A DNA stretch of 64,000 nucleotides from Patescibacteria group bacterium (GCA_028707495.1 JAQWAS010000005.1:1065-65064), one strand, 5' to 3'; positions 39,082 through 51,713 are shown, counted from the first letter of the stretch. Program-made: numbers and translations. Notes: generated by a model from the letters alone, not told the origin.

Positions 39082-42009
39082 TTATTTTAGAGTAATATTT
39101 ATTTTAGGACTAACATAAGTATTTTGGCGATTGTCAACCACCTCTAAATAGAGCTGATAATTGCCAGTCGAAGGGGCCTCTGGCCAGGTTAAATATAAAT
39201 GTGACAAAGATTCGGGATTCGTTAAGGTGCCAATTAAATTAGTTTGATCGCCGGTTTGATAATAGAATTTAATTTGATAGATTGGTCGATTAAAACTAAC
39301 TGAGGCCGAAATATTTATGGGGAAGTCAGTTGAATTTAAAGTTTGATTAGCTTGAGGGTTAAACCAAAAAACTGTAGGTTGATTAATATTATAACTATTA
39401 TTAGTATAATTAAAATTAACTTCTTGGCTAGCGCTGTTGTCAAATTGATCATAAGCAACGGCTTTTAAGATATGTTGCCCGGATGATAAATTAAAAGCGT
39501 TGGTATTTAACATGTAGTAAGGTTGGGACTTAGAAGCGCCAATAAATTGATTATCAACATAATATTCAACCCGGGAAATGGTTCCTTGTTTGGCATTGGC
39601 TGTTGCTTGACATTGAATGGTTTCATTAAACGTGTTATTGGCTTGGGGTGAGATAATTTGAATTTCAGGTTGACTACCAGGTATGTGGACATCATCATAT
39701 TCGGTGGGTGGTTGTTCTTGGTTATAATTATTCTCTTCAGCCCAATGGCGAATAGTCTCTTCCCATTTTTCAAATTGAGAATCTTTTTCGGGTTTATCCG
39801 GAGCAGGACCGAGTGGATCGTTTTTATCTACATAATACAGAATGCTATGGACATCAAAATAGGTTTTTTCTTCAATCATACTGACAGGGGTAAAATCCGT
39901 TGCCAATTTGCCAGAAATTTTATCAATTTTAACTATTTGCTCATTACCAATTTGACCGTTTAACATCGGCTTATCTATTTCTGGTAAGTCTGGCATATCA
40001 GAAAATTTTTCAATTGGTTGTTTCTCTAAAGCTTGTTGCATAAAGTTGTGCCAAATTGGTCCAGCCATGACGCTACCACTAGCCCCTCGTTTCATTTCAG
40101 AGTTGTCATTATTACCCACCCAAACGCCAGTCACCAACGAGGGAGTGTAACCAATTGTCCAAGCATCGCGATAATCATTGGTGGTACCGGTTTTAGCTGC
40201 AACCGGGCGATCGCCAAGTTGTAAAGAAGAGTTTAAACCAAAAACATAAGCGCGGGCTTGATTATCAGATAATACATTATTAATAATTTGAGCTGTTTTT
40301 TTATTTAAAACACGTTTGGATTTAGCTTCTTCGGGTTTAAATTCAAACAAAATTTCATCTTTATCATCTACAATTTTTAAAATAGCCTGAGTGTCATATT
40401 TTAATCCTTCTTGACTTAAAACACCATAAGCAGCGGTGTGTTCAAGAAGTTTAACTTCGCCACCACCGAGGACTAAACTTAAACCATAGTGCTCAGCTGA
40501 TTTTAAAGTAGAATAACCGAAGTCTTTTAATAAATCTAAAACATCTTCTGGGCCAACCAAATATAACAATTTAACTGCTGGAATATTTAATGAGCCAGCT
40601 AAAGCTTGACGTAAGGAAACTGGACCATGACTTTCAGTGTCGTAATTGTGGGGGATATAATTACCACCATCACCACTGGAGCCAAAATTAGTTTCTAAAT
40701 CAAAAAGAATTGATTCAGGTTGATAACCATTATCAAAGGCTAGAGTATAAACAAAGGGTTTTAAGGACGAACCTGGTTGACGAGGGCGTAAAGTTACATT
40801 AACTTGGCCATCAATTTCTTCATTAAAAAAATCTTTAGAGCCAACCATGGTTAAAATTTCACCAGTTTTAGGATTGAGTGAAACCATGGCAGCATTACTG
40901 GCATTATATTGCTCGCCACGTTTTTCCATTTCTTGTTGAATAATTTCTTCAGCCATTTTTTGTTTATCAAAGTCTAAAGTTGTATAAACCTTAAAACCAC
41001 CATTTTCAATAGTACGTTCGCCATAGCGTTTAGTTAAAAGTTCTTTAATATACATGACAAAGTGCGGTGCATCAATATTTTCTCGTGGCGTTTTAATTTC
41101 CATAATTTCATCTTGAGCCTGCTTGGCTTCATCTTTGGTTATGTAATCTTCTTTAGCCATTAAGTTTAAAATATGATTACGCCGACCAAGTAAAACATCT
41201 TGATTATTAAAATAATAAGTTGGAGATTGAGGCATGGCAGCTAGGGTAGCGGCCTCAGCCAGGGTTAATTCGGTTGTGGATTTATGTAAAAAAGTTTGAG
41301 CCGCCGATTCAACACCATAAGCCGTTGAGCCATAAGGGATTTCGTTTAAATACATTTTTAAAATTTCATCCTTGGAGAATTTTTTTTCAATTTGATAAGA
41401 TAAAATTAATTCTTTGATTTTGCGACTGTAAGTTTTTTCTTTGGATAAAATAGCATTTTTAACAAATTGTTGGGTTAAAGTTGAGCCGCCAGCTGTTTGA
41501 CCTTTTAAAACATTAGTAATGGCGGTACGAAAAATAGCCCACAAGCTGAAACCTTTGTGATGATAAAAATCTTTATCCTCGGCGGCAATCGTGGCCCATT
41601 TTACATAATCGGGGATTTGGTCTAGTTCTAACAATGTTCTTTTTTGATCACCATGAACTTCATACAAAACATGTTCACCGGTGCGGTCATAGATTTTAGT
41701 ACTTTGAGCAACTGAGCGATCTAATAGATGGTTGGGGTCGGGTAAATCGCGGCTATACCAAGCAAAAGCACCGAGTAAAAAAATTGTGGCAATGAGAAAT
41801 AAAATTAAACCAACAGGAATTAGACGTTTAATTAATTGAGGGCTAATTTTAAAATTAGATCGGCAACTGCCTGGTCGGCGATATTTATAATTAAAAGTTT
41901 TAGGCGCGTTGGGTCTTTTTTTATGAGGAATAAAACTTGAACGCTGGTTGATTTGACGTTTACTCCAGTCGCGCGGTGATTTAGATGATGATAATTGAGG
42001 TATGGGCAT
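39082..42009 (-). CDS. Class A penicillin-binding protein (PBP1A family) with C-terminal Ig-like domains
   Basis: EDKDFY, GGSTLTQQ, RKIKE, SSLK, SLN, KTG. Confidence 0.95.
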   Translation of the reverse strand: MPIPQLSSSKSPRDWSKRQINQRSSFIPHKKRPNAPKTFNYKYRRPGSCRSNFKISPQLIKRLIPVGLILFLIATIFLLGAFAWYSRDLPDPNHLLDRSVAQSTKIYDRTGEHVLYEVHGDQKRTLLELDQIPDYVKWATIAAEDKDFYHHKGFSLWAIFRTAITNVLKGQTAGGSTLTQQFVKNAILSKEKTYSRKIKELILSYQIEKKFSKDEILKMYLNEIPYGSTAYGVESAAQTFLHKSTTELTLAEAATLAAMPQSPTYYFNNQDVLLGRRNHILNLMAKEDYITKDEAKQAQDEIMEIKTPRENIDAPHFVMYIKELLTKRYGERTIENGGFKVYTTLDFDKQKMAEEIIQQEMEKRGEQYNASNAAMVSLNPKTGEILTMVGSKDFFNEEIDGQVNVTLRPRQPGSSLKPFVYTLAFDNGYQPESILFDLETNFGSSGDGGNYIPHNYDTESHGPVSLRQALAGSLNIPAVKLLYLVGPEDVLDLLKDFGYSTLKSAEHYGLSLVLGGGEVKLLEHTAAYGVLSQEGLKYDTQAILKIVDDKDEILFEFKPEEAKSKRVLNKKTAQIINNVLSDNQARAYVFGLNSSLQLGDRPVAAKTGTTNDYRDAWTIGYTPSLVTGVWVGNNDNSEMKRGASGSVMAGPIWHNFMQQALEKQPIEKFSDMPDLPEIDKPMLNGQIGNEQIVKIDKISGKLATDFTPVSMIEEKTYFDVHSILYYVDKNDPLGPAPDKPEKDSQFEKWEETIRHWAEENNYNQEQPPTEYDDVHIPGSQPEIQIISPQANNTFNETIQCQATANAKQGTISRVEYYVDNQFIGASKSQPYYMLNTNAFNLSSGQHILKAVAYDQFDNSASQEVNFNYTNNSYNINQPTVFWFNPQANQTLNSTDFPINISASVSFNRPIYQIKFYYQTGDQTNLIGTLTNPESLSHLYLTWPEAPSTGNYQLYLEVVDNRQNTYVSPKINITLK

Positions 42010-42150
42010 ATAAAAATTTAATTATAATATTATAGCAGAAAATAGCTTAGTTGAAAATATTTAATCTTGACATGTTTTTTAAAATATGATAACTTGGTTT
42101 TAAATAAAAAATATTTTTTGATCTTTCAAATAAAAAAACTAGGAGTTAAC

Positions 42151-42681
42151 GTGAAAATATTATTAGTGCCAAGTGGCAAAATTAATCCAGTTGATTGTTT
42201 AGAGGGGACTGATACACTCTTGAGATGTAAAAAGGCTTTAGAACTTTGGCAAACAGGGGTCTATAGTAAAGTTTTAGTGACTGGTGGAATTTGTTCTAAA
42301 CCCAAAATACAAACTCAGCCAGCCGGAACTTTAATGGCTCAATGGTTTGAGGAAAATGGCGTTTCTGCCTCTGATATTATAATTGAAGATCAATCTTTAG
42401 ACACTTTTGAAAACATAAGATTAAGTCTTCAAAAAATTTTAGATCTAGAGTCAGACTATGAAATTACAGTTGTAACTCAACAGCAACACGCTATGCGAAT
42501 GTGGATTACTTTCTTGTATGGTTATGGCTTGCTAGTTGGGATTTGTCCGGTTAAATATAAAAATTCTTTCAAAAATTGGTTGAGAGAATGGGGTTACTTG
42601 CTCTATCATTTGTATGACAGAAAAGGCACGAAGTTTTTAGCCAAGAAAAATCGTGATTCACGTCGACAAAAACAGGATTAA
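42151..42681 (+). CDS. YdcF/DUF218-family protein
   Basis: VTGG, EDQSLDTFEN, VT...HAMR; GTG start after AGGAG. Confidence 0.85.
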   Translation: MKILLVPSGKINPVDCLEGTDTLLRCKKALELWQTGVYSKVLVTGGICSKPKIQTQPAGTLMAQWFEENGVSASDIIIEDQSLDTFENIRLSLQKILDLESDYEITVVTQQQHAMRMWITFLYGYGLLVGICPVKYKNSFKNWLREWGYLLYHLYDRKGTKFLAKKNRDSRRQKQD

Positions 42682-42754
42682 CAGGGTCTCGCTTCTAGCG
42701 AGACCTTTTAAATTGGCTTGTTTTTAAAGCCAATTATTGATATAATTAAAATAT

Positions 42755-43951
42755 ATGATATCAACAAACAATCAAAAAATCAAAAATTTATTAACCCGAG
42801 GCGTGGAAAATATCTATCCATCAGCCGATTTTTTAGAATCTAAATTAAAATCAGGCCAAAAATTAAAACTATATCTAGGTATTGATCCAACGGGACCAGA
42901 CTTACACTTAGGTCATGCTATTCCATTGATGAAAATGAGAGAATTTCAGGAACTAGGACACCAAGTAATTGTTTTAATTGGTGATTTTACTGGACAAATT
43001 GGTGATCCGACCGGCAAACAAGAAGCGCGTCAAATATTAACTTACCAACAAGTTAAAAATAATGCTAAAAATTATAAAAAACAAATTAGCAAAATTTTAA
43101 ATTTAAGACAGACTAAGTTTGAATATAATTCGAGGTGGTGGAATAAAATGAAATTAGTTGATTTTTTAAAATTATCAACACACTTTACGGTTCAACAAAC
43201 TTTAAATCGTGATATGTTTAAAAAAAGGATGGAAAAAGAAAAAGATTTATATTTAAACGAATTATATTATCCATTAATGCAAGCTTACGATTCAGTCGCC
43301 ATGGGAGTTGATGGTGAAATTGGTGGCAATGATCAGATGTTTAATATGCTAGCTGGTCGAACTTTAATGAAAAAATTGAAAGACAAAGAAAAATTTGTTT
43401 TAACTACCAAATTGTTAGAAGATCCAACTGGCAAGAAAATGGGTAAAACTGAGGGCAATATGATTACTTTAAAAGATAGTCCCCAAGAGATGTTTGGTAA
43501 AATAATGAGCTGGCCAGATGAGATGATTTTGCCGGGTTTTGAATTGTGCACGCGGTTAGATCTGGCAGAAATTACCAAATTCAAACAAGCCATGGATGGT
43601 GGGGTTAATCCACGCGATTACAAAATTAAACTAGCCTTAGAGGTGGTAGCCTTTTATCACGGAGTTGATAAAGCCAAACAAGCCGAAGTAGAATTTGCTA
43701 AAATTTTTAAAAATAAAGATTTGCCCGATGAGATGTCTGAATTTAAAGTTCAACACAGCTCAATGGACATTTTAGATTTATTAGTTGCAACGGGTTTAGT
43801 TAAAAGCAAAGGGCAAGCCAGACGCTTAATTGAACAAAAAGGGGTTAAGATTGATCAACAAGTTGTGAATGGGATTGATGAAATTGAAATTAAAAATAAT
43901 ATGGTTTTACAGGTTGGTAAAAGACAGTTTGTTAGGTTAGTCCTTGACTAA
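42755..43951 (+). CDS. tyrS: Tyrosine-tRNA ligase
   Basis: GIDPT..HLGH, KMGKT, C-terminal S4 domain. Confidence 0.97.
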   Translation: MISTNNQKIKNLLTRGVENIYPSADFLESKLKSGQKLKLYLGIDPTGPDLHLGHAIPLMKMREFQELGHQVIVLIGDFTGQIGDPTGKQEARQILTYQQVKNNAKNYKKQISKILNLRQTKFEYNSRWWNKMKLVDFLKLSTHFTVQQTLNRDMFKKRMEKEKDLYLNELYYPLMQAYDSVAMGVDGEIGGNDQMFNMLAGRTLMKKLKDKEKFVLTTKLLEDPTGKKMGKTEGNMITLKDSPQEMFGKIMSWPDEMILPGFELCTRLDLAEITKFKQAMDGGVNPRDYKIKLALEVVAFYHGVDKAKQAEVEFAKIFKNKDLPDEMSEFKVQHSSMDILDLLVATGLVKSKGQARRLIEQKGVKIDQQVVNGIDEIEIKNNMVLQVGKRQFVRLVLD

Positions 43952-44021
43952 ATTTTTTAAATACGCTAAAATAAATTTATTCAGGTTAACTGGATTTTTT
44001 ATTAACTAAAAAAAGATATTT

Positions 44022-44582
44022 ATGTTAAAAATTCGTTTAATGCGTTTTGGCAAGAAAAAACAACCAACTTATCGTTTGGTAGTTTCTGAACAGCATCGAG
44101 ACATGAAAGGAAGCTTTATTGAAAGCTTGGGTTTTTATAATCCACGTCAAAATCCTAGTCAAAAAGAATTAAAAGCTGATAGAATTAAATATTGGTTATC
44201 AAATGGCGCACAAGCTTCACCGACAGTTCATAATTTATTAGTCGATGAAAAAGTAATTGATGGTCCTAAAGTAAAAGCTACGCGAGGCAAAAAACAAGCA
44301 GAGGCCGAGACGACTACAGAAGAAAAAACCACAAAGACGGAAACTCCAAGCATTACGAATACGCCAGATGAGAATAAGGATCAAATTGCAGAAAAAATAA
44401 CCGAGGAGATACCAGCCGAAACAACTGCTGAAATTTCAGCTGAGAATTTAGAAAATGCAGAGCCAGTAGTTGAATCTAATTTAACTCAAGAAGCTCCAGT
44501 TGAAACAGCTGAAAAAAATGAAACACCGGTCACCGATCAAAAAGATCAATCAGCACCAGCAGAAACATCAGAAAATAATTAA
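44022..44582 (+). CDS. rpsP: 30S ribosomal protein S16 with acidic tail
   Basis: [17 protein letters not shown]. Confidence 0.95.
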   Translation: MLKIRLMRFGKKKQPTYRLVVSEQHRDMKGSFIESLGFYNPRQNPSQKELKADRIKYWLSNGAQASPTVHNLLVDEKVIDGPKVKATRGKKQAEAETTTEEKTTKTETPSITNTPDENKDQIAEKITEEIPAETTAEISAENLENAEPVVESNLTQEAPVETAEKNETPVTDQKDQSAPAETSENN

Positions 44583-44727
44583 CATTTTCTCCACAGGTTT
44601 CAATTGACAGGTATTTGATATTTTGCTAGTATATATGTATGATAGCTGTTAAGAAGTATCGCTGACTTTCAGCGAGAATCTTAGGTCGACAGTTTGATCA
44701 TTTAATTATTTCCGTAAGTTAAGAAAA

Positions 44728-45045
44728 ATGACTCAAGTACAAGATAAAGAATTTGTTGAATATATAGTTAAAGCTATTGTCAACAATCCTAAAGATGTAG
44801 TTGTTGATAGAACCGTCGATGAAATGGGAGTTTTACTTTCACTCAAGGTTAATCCTGAGGATATGGGTCAAGTTATTGGTCGTTCAGGCCAAGTAGCCAG
44901 ATCATTGAGAACTCTTATTCGCATTATCGGAGCTAAAAACAATGCTCGTGTCAACTTGAAAATTGAAGAACCAGAAGGTTCACAAAGAGCTGTTAAACCA
45001 GCTACTGAAGAAAAAGTTGACAGTGTTGACGATTTAAAGTTATAA
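44728..45045 (+). CDS. khpA: KH-domain RNA-binding protein (KhpA/YlqC)
   Basis: DMGQVIGRSG; lies between rpsP and trmD. Confidence 0.9.
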   Translation: MTQVQDKEFVEYIVKAIVNNPKDVVVDRTVDEMGVLLSLKVNPEDMGQVIGRSGQVARSLRTLIRIIGAKNNARVNLKIEEPEGSQRAVKPATEEKVDSVDDLKL

Positions 45046-45110
45046 ACGTCCATTTAAATATAAAACAAAAATCGTAATGCTTAGCGTTACGGTTTTTGTT
45101 TAACTGAAAA

Positions 45111-45779
45111 ATGCAATTCGATATTTTAACAATTTTTCCACAGGCCTTTGAATCGTATTTTAATTCAAGTATTTTAAAAAAAGCTCAGGCCAATAAAAAA
45201 ATTAAAATTAATTTACACGACATCCGTCAATTTACAACAGATAAACATCATACGGTTGATGACAAACCTTACGGCGGTGGGGTCGGTATGGTTTTAAAAT
45301 TCGAACCGGTTTATCGGACATTAAGCCGAATTAAACGTAAGTCTAAAAGTAAAGTTATTTTGTTTGAAGCAGGCGGAAAAGAATTTACTCAACGGCAAGC
45401 TCAGGGTTTAAGTAAATTAGATCAATTGATTATGATTTGCGGTCATTATGAGGGTTTAGATGCGCGGATAAACAAGTTGGTAGATTTAAAAATTTCTGTC
45501 GGTAATTACGTCTTGACAGGCGGAGAAATACCAGCTATGATAGTAGTCGACACAATTAGCCGTTTAATTCCAGGAGTTTTAGGAAAAGCGGAATCATTTA
45601 AGCGCGATACATTTTATCGGCCGGGTTATAAAAAATATCCACAATATACTCGACCAGGAAAAATTATTTTTAAAAATAAAAAAGGTTTTAAAAAAGAATT
45701 AAAAGTTCCTCAAGTGTTATTATCTGGTAATCACCAAGCTATTCAACTTTGGCAAGAAAAACACAGCCAAAACACTTGA
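45111..45779 (+). CDS. trmD: tRNA m1G37 methyltransferase
   Basis: DDKPYGGG, CGHYEG, YVLTGGE, YTRP. Confidence 0.97.
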   Translation: MQFDILTIFPQAFESYFNSSILKKAQANKKIKINLHDIRQFTTDKHHTVDDKPYGGGVGMVLKFEPVYRTLSRIKRKSKSKVILFEAGGKEFTQRQAQGLSKLDQLIMICGHYEGLDARINKLVDLKISVGNYVLTGGEIPAMIVVDTISRLIPGVLGKAESFKRDTFYRPGYKKYPQYTRPGKIIFKNKKGFKKELKVPQVLLSGNHQAIQLWQEKHSQNT

Positions 45780-45804
45780 CATGATTTTAAATAAACATTA
45801 ATAT
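45776..45804 (+). promoter_or_regulatory. 16S rRNA promoter
   Basis: TTGACA-N17-TAATAT. Confidence 0.7.
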
Positions 45805-45873
45805 ATATTGGTAAGAACTTTAACAACTGAAAAATGACAAGAAATAGTTCAAATTAAATCAAACAATATTCTA

Positions 45874-47359
<1,486 letters not shown>

Positions 47360-47571
47360 CTAAGGAGACAAATCGATCACAATTAGTGGTTATGTATTAC
47401 GGTCGATCTGTTTCTTGTCATTTTCTAGTTGTTAAAGCAAAAACAAAAAAATCGAGTTTTAAGACTTGATTTTTTTAATAAATAAGTTTAAAATATAAAA
47501 AGCATAAAAAAAATTAATTATTTGCTTATTTAAAGCGATTGAATTTTTTACAAAATTAAAAGTAGGAATTT

Positions 47572-47648
47572 GGGCGCGTAGCTCAGTTGGTTAGAGCGCG
47601 TCACTGATAATGACGAGGTCCGAGGTTCAACTCCTCGCGCGCCCACCA
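47572..47648 (+). tRNA. tRNA-Ile(GAT)
   Basis: Cloverleaf; CGTCA-CT-GAT-AA-TGACG; encoded CCA. Confidence 0.97.
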
Positions 47649-47699
47649 AATAAAAAAAATGAGTCTAAGCTCATTTTTTTGTTTTTTTTAAACAAAATT

Positions 47700-48569
47700 T
47701 TATTTAGTATTTTTATTATAATAATGTCTTCTTAATTGCCCACATCCCGCTTTAACATCAGTGCCAGTTGAAATAAATTCGCAAGTTTTTATTCCCTCTG
47801 TATTAAGTATTTTTTTAAAGAGATTAAAAGTTTTTTGGCTAGAAGATTTTAAGTTATTAAAATCGTTTAAATTGCTTAATTTAATTATAAATGGATATGG
47901 TTTGAGTAAATTAGCTAATTCAAAAGCGTGTTTTGGTGAATCATTAAGACCGGCAATTAAAACATAGTTAACTTTTGAGGATATGTTTTTGACAGATGAA
48001 AAATATTTTAATGCCCTTAGAGCTGGTTGTATTTTTTGTGCTTTTGGTAATATTTTTTTGCGTAACGCATCTGTTGGTGCGTGTAACGATAGATGAAGAT
48101 TTAGAACGGTATTTATTTTTTCGTGTGCGAGTTTTCTCATTAACGTCGGATTAATCCCTAAGGTGGATATTGTTGTTCTGGAATTGGGGAATTTTTCAAT
48201 AAGTTTTTTAATACTATTTATCGTGTTTGTATAATTGAGAAATGGCTCACCCATTCCCATGTATGAAAATAATATTTTTTTTGCATCAAATTTTTTCAGA
48301 TTTTTTAAAGGTAAGAGAATATTATCCACTTGTTGTATTATTTCATTTGAACTTAAATTACGTATAAAACTTTTATTGTTGGATGAGTCGTCTGGATTTG
48401 TTGTGGCACAAAAAAGACAACCCATGGCACAGCCAATTTGCGAAGAAATACAAACAATATGTTCGTCTATATCATAGTACCCGGTTTCAATAATGTGATT
48501 ATCGTTTGTTAGTTGTAGGTATTTAATTGTTTTTCCGTCTTTAGATCGGAATGATTTTAATAATTTCAC
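47700..48569 (-). CDS. RlmN/Cfr-family radical SAM RNA methyltransferase, short form
   Basis: CISSQIGCAMGCLFC, MGMGEP, SLHA, GCGQL; probable GTG start at 48569. Confidence 0.85.
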   Translation of the reverse strand: MKLLKSFRSKDGKTIKYLQLTNDNHIIETGYYDIDEHIVCISSQIGCAMGCLFCATTNPDDSSNNKSFIRNLSSNEIIQQVDNILLPLKNLKKFDAKKILFSYMGMGEPFLNYTNTINSIKKLIEKFPNSRTTISTLGINPTLMRKLAHEKINTVLNLHLSLHAPTDALRKKILPKAQKIQPALRALKYFSSVKNISSKVNYVLIAGLNDSPKHAFELANLLKPYPFIIKLSNLNDFNNLKSSSQKTFNLFKKILNTEGIKTCEFISTGTDVKAGCGQLRRHYYNKNTK

Positions 48570-48607
48570 TTCAAACAAATAAAAAATTAAATTAGGTAAT
48601 ATATTTT

Positions 48608-49429
48608 TTAACAATTGTTAATCGTATTTTCCAAAAGTTTAGCCACGGTGATAGGACCAACACCGCCAGGGGTGGGGGTAATTAATTTAGCTTTGTGTTT
48701 AATTTTGTCACAATTAACATCGCCACAACATTTATGATGAACAAAAGACGAGCCAGCATCAATAACAACGGCACCTTTTTTAATATAATCTTGGCTAATT
48801 ATTTTAGCTTTACCCACGCCAGTGATTAAAATATCAGCTTGTTGAGTGATTTTTTTTAAATTTTTAGTTTTGGCATTACAGACACTTACTGTCGCCTTGG
48901 AATTCAAAAGCATATTAATCAAAGGTTTGCCGACTAAACGACCAGCACCAACAACAACGATATGTTGACTTTCTAATTTAATTTTATATCTTTTAAAAAT
49001 TTCTAAAATAGCTCCAATCGTGGGCGGAATAAAATTATAATTGCCAGTAATTAATTTTCCTAAGTTGATTTCAGTTAAACAATCGACATCAATATTAGGT
49101 TGAATAGCATTTAAAACTTCATCGGTTGATATTTTTGATGGTAATGGTAATTGAACAATTAAACCTTGTAACTTATTTTTTTGCTGTAAATTTTGAATAG
49201 CTACAATTAATTTATTTTGAGAAATAGTGGCCGGTAATTTTTCTAAAATAAATTTTATACCAATTGATTCAGCGACTTTAGCTTTTCGATTAACATAAAG
49301 TTTAGAGGCCGGATCATTGCCGACTAAAACCACAGCTAAATGGGGTTTAATTTTTAAACCAATCACTTGTTTTTTAAGTCTGGTTAAAATTTGTTGACTT
49401 ATTTTTTTTCCATCTACGACTTGAGCCAT
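48608..49429 (-). CDS. folD: Methylene-THF dehydrogenase/cyclohydrolase
   Basis: YVNRK, VQLPLP, TPTPGGVGPIT. Confidence 0.95.
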   Translation of the reverse strand: MAQVVDGKKISQQILTRLKKQVIGLKIKPHLAVVLVGNDPASKLYVNRKAKVAESIGIKFILEKLPATISQNKLIVAIQNLQQKNKLQGLIVQLPLPSKISTDEVLNAIQPNIDVDCLTEINLGKLITGNYNFIPPTIGAILEIFKRYKIKLESQHIVVVGAGRLVGKPLINMLLNSKATVSVCNAKTKNLKKITQQADILITGVGKAKIISQDYIKKGAVVIDAGSSFVHHKCCGDVNCDKIKHKAKLITPTPGGVGPITVAKLLENTINNC

Positions 49430-49433
49430 AAAA

Positions 49434-50687
49434 TTAAAATAAATTATTTTGTTGTATTTTATTAATAGAATCGGTCACATTAATTATACCATAAATTCCA
49501 TCATAGCCCTCTTGAATTTTAACTTTACCTTGGCGCATATTTAAAATGCCTTGGGTAATTTCCGGAGTGGTTATATTTTTTAGCTGAGCTTCATTTAAAT
49601 CTAATAAAATATTAAATTCATTTTGGCCGTGTTTAATTAAGTTATCATATTCTTGAGCAACTTTTTTGGTTTTAGTACCGCAGTTAAAAACTTGAGCAAT
49701 AATTTCTTTAAGCGGGATTAAATTTTTAAAGGGAATAGAATTGGTGGGTTTAAAACCTGGTTGGCGGTCGCTTAATTCGGTGATGCGATATGAGACTCCT
49801 ACGGTCAACGGTTTTTTACAAACTGGGCAGATACCTTTATTTTTTAAAGTTTCTTGAGGAGAAAAGCAGACATTGCATTTACGATGGCCGTCGTAGTGGT
49901 ATTTGCCTTCTTGAGGATAAAATTCTAGAGTATGTAAAAATTTATTTTTATCTTTATTTTTTAAAGTTTGATAAATATTATCATAGCTAGGTTGATCAAA
50001 ATTAAAAACATTGGCTTCACGACCTAAATTTTCTGGCGAGTGAGCGTCGGAATTAGAAACTAAACTTAAACGATTTAAATGTGACCATTGCCAGTTCATG
50101 GCTGGGTCTGATGATAAGCCGGTTTCAGCTGCAAAAATATACGGAGTTAAATCTTCAAAACATTCCTCGATTGAATTAAAGCCTGATTTAGAACCAAAAA
50201 GTGAAAACCATGGTGTCCAAATATGAGCTGGAATAATTAAAGCTTGATCATTAATTTCCAAGGCGATTTGGGCCAAAACTTTAGCGTCTAAACCTAGAAT
50301 GGGGCGGCCGTCAGATTTAATATTACCAATTTTATCTAATTTAACATTAAATTTTTTAACACTTTTTAAATCAGGAAATAAAATTAAAACATGGATGCGA
50401 CGGCATTGATCGTTTTTTTTATAAATACAACTAATCTCAGTTGATAAAATAAAATAGAGTTTTTTGTCAGGTTGGGCGATGGGCTTTTTTAAAATAAATA
50501 AACCATTATCTAAGGGTTGAAGTTTGGTTTTAATCTCATTAAACCAAGCTGGAAAAGTATAATCGCCAGTAGCTAAAATATCAATGCCCTTAATTTTTGC
50601 CCATTGGTCTAGATTTTTTAAATCAGAATTTTTTGAAGTTGCTCTAGAGTATTTTGAATGAATATGGAGGTCGGCAATAAATTGCAT
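49434..50687 (-). CDS. PHP-domain endonuclease Q-like protein
   Basis: DLHIHSKYSRATS, PAHIWTPW, SNSDAHS, GKYH, CPVC. Confidence 0.9.
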   Translation of the reverse strand: MQFIADLHIHSKYSRATSKNSDLKNLDQWAKIKGIDILATGDYTFPAWFNEIKTKLQPLDNGLFILKKPIAQPDKKLYFILSTEISCIYKKNDQCRRIHVLILFPDLKSVKKFNVKLDKIGNIKSDGRPILGLDAKVLAQIALEINDQALIIPAHIWTPWFSLFGSKSGFNSIEECFEDLTPYIFAAETGLSSDPAMNWQWSHLNRLSLVSNSDAHSPENLGREANVFNFDQPSYDNIYQTLKNKDKNKFLHTLEFYPQEGKYHYDGHRKCNVCFSPQETLKNKGICPVCKKPLTVGVSYRITELSDRQPGFKPTNSIPFKNLIPLKEIIAQVFNCGTKTKKVAQEYDNLIKHGQNEFNILLDLNEAQLKNITTPEITQGILNMRQGKVKIQEGYDGIYGIINVTDSINKIQQNNLF

Positions 50688-50696
50688 ATATGATTT

Positions 50697-51452
50697 TTAA
50701 AAAAGATTTTGATTTAAAATTTGTTCAGCTAGCTTCAAATGTTCTTGAGTATTAATACCTATACCCTGTTCGGGCGGAATTTGAACAGTTGGAATTTGAT
50801 GTCCTTGTTGAATTGCTAAGCCAACCAAATCGGTAATATAATATTCGTTGGAATTATTTTGGTTATTTAATTGATCAATATTTTTCCATAGCCAGTCGGT
50901 TTGAAACATAAATAAACTGGGATTAATTTCGGTAATTTGTTTTTCGTCATCGGTGGCATCTTTAAATTCTCTAATGCCAATAATTTGGTTTTGATTATTA
51001 CGCAAAATGCGTCCACCTTTTTCAAAGGTTTGCCATTGATTTTCAAAATTAGGCACTTTAACAGTTAACATGCTTAAAACACTTTGATGTTCTTGATGAA
51101 TTTGATGTAATTTTTGCAGAGTAGTTGTTTTAACAAGTGGACCATCGCCATTTAAAACTGCCACATTATCGATAGATTGTTGAATTAACAAATCTTTAGC
51201 ACAAGCCAAAGCATGGCCGGTGCCAAGCTGTTGAGACTGGATAGCATAATAACATTTATCACTTAGATGTTGTTGAATTAAGTCGCTTTCAGGATTAATA
51301 ATTAAAATTGGTTTAGAAGTTAAACCAGAATTAATTACGCTTTGAATTAAATAATCAATCATCGGCTGGCCATTTAAAGTGTGCATGACTTTAGGTAAAT
51401 CAGATTGCATGCGCTTGCCTTTGCCAGCCGCTAAAATAACAACTTGAGTCAT
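50697..51452 (-). CDS. GlmU N-terminal-like nucleotidyltransferase
   Basis: ILAAGKGKRM, QLGTGHA, EYYITD; no beta-helix domain. Confidence 0.9.
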   Translation of the reverse strand: MTQVVILAAGKGKRMQSDLPKVMHTLNGQPMIDYLIQSVINSGLTSKPILIINPESDLIQQHLSDKCYYAIQSQQLGTGHALACAKDLLIQQSIDNVAVLNGDGPLVKTTTLQKLHQIHQEHQSVLSMLTVKVPNFENQWQTFEKGGRILRNNQNQIIGIREFKDATDDEKQITEINPSLFMFQTDWLWKNIDQLNNQNNSNEYYITDLVGLAIQQGHQIPTVQIPPEQGIGINTQEHLKLAEQILNQNLF

Positions 51453-51604
51453 AAAATTTAAGTTAATTATAATATTATAACTTGGATTAAGATTAATTTC
51501 AAATAAAAAATAGGCTAAATAAGCCTGATGATGACCCGTGAGTAGCGTTAAAAAACGTTATTAACGGGTCTTTTTATTTTCTCTTAAATTTTTCAGTGCA
51601 CAAT

Positions 51605-51713
51605 ACCCGGCACCGACCTACTTTCCCCATAAAGAGTATCATCGGCGCTGAAGAGCTTAACTGCTGTGTTCGGGATGGGAACAGGTGTAACCCCTTCGCT
51701 AGAGGTACCGGAA
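51605..51713 (-). rRNA. rrf: 5S rRNA
   Basis: Reverse complement contains CCCATCCCGAACAC and GCCGATGATA; flanking TTTCAGTGCA/TGCACTGAAA stem. Confidence 0.95.
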
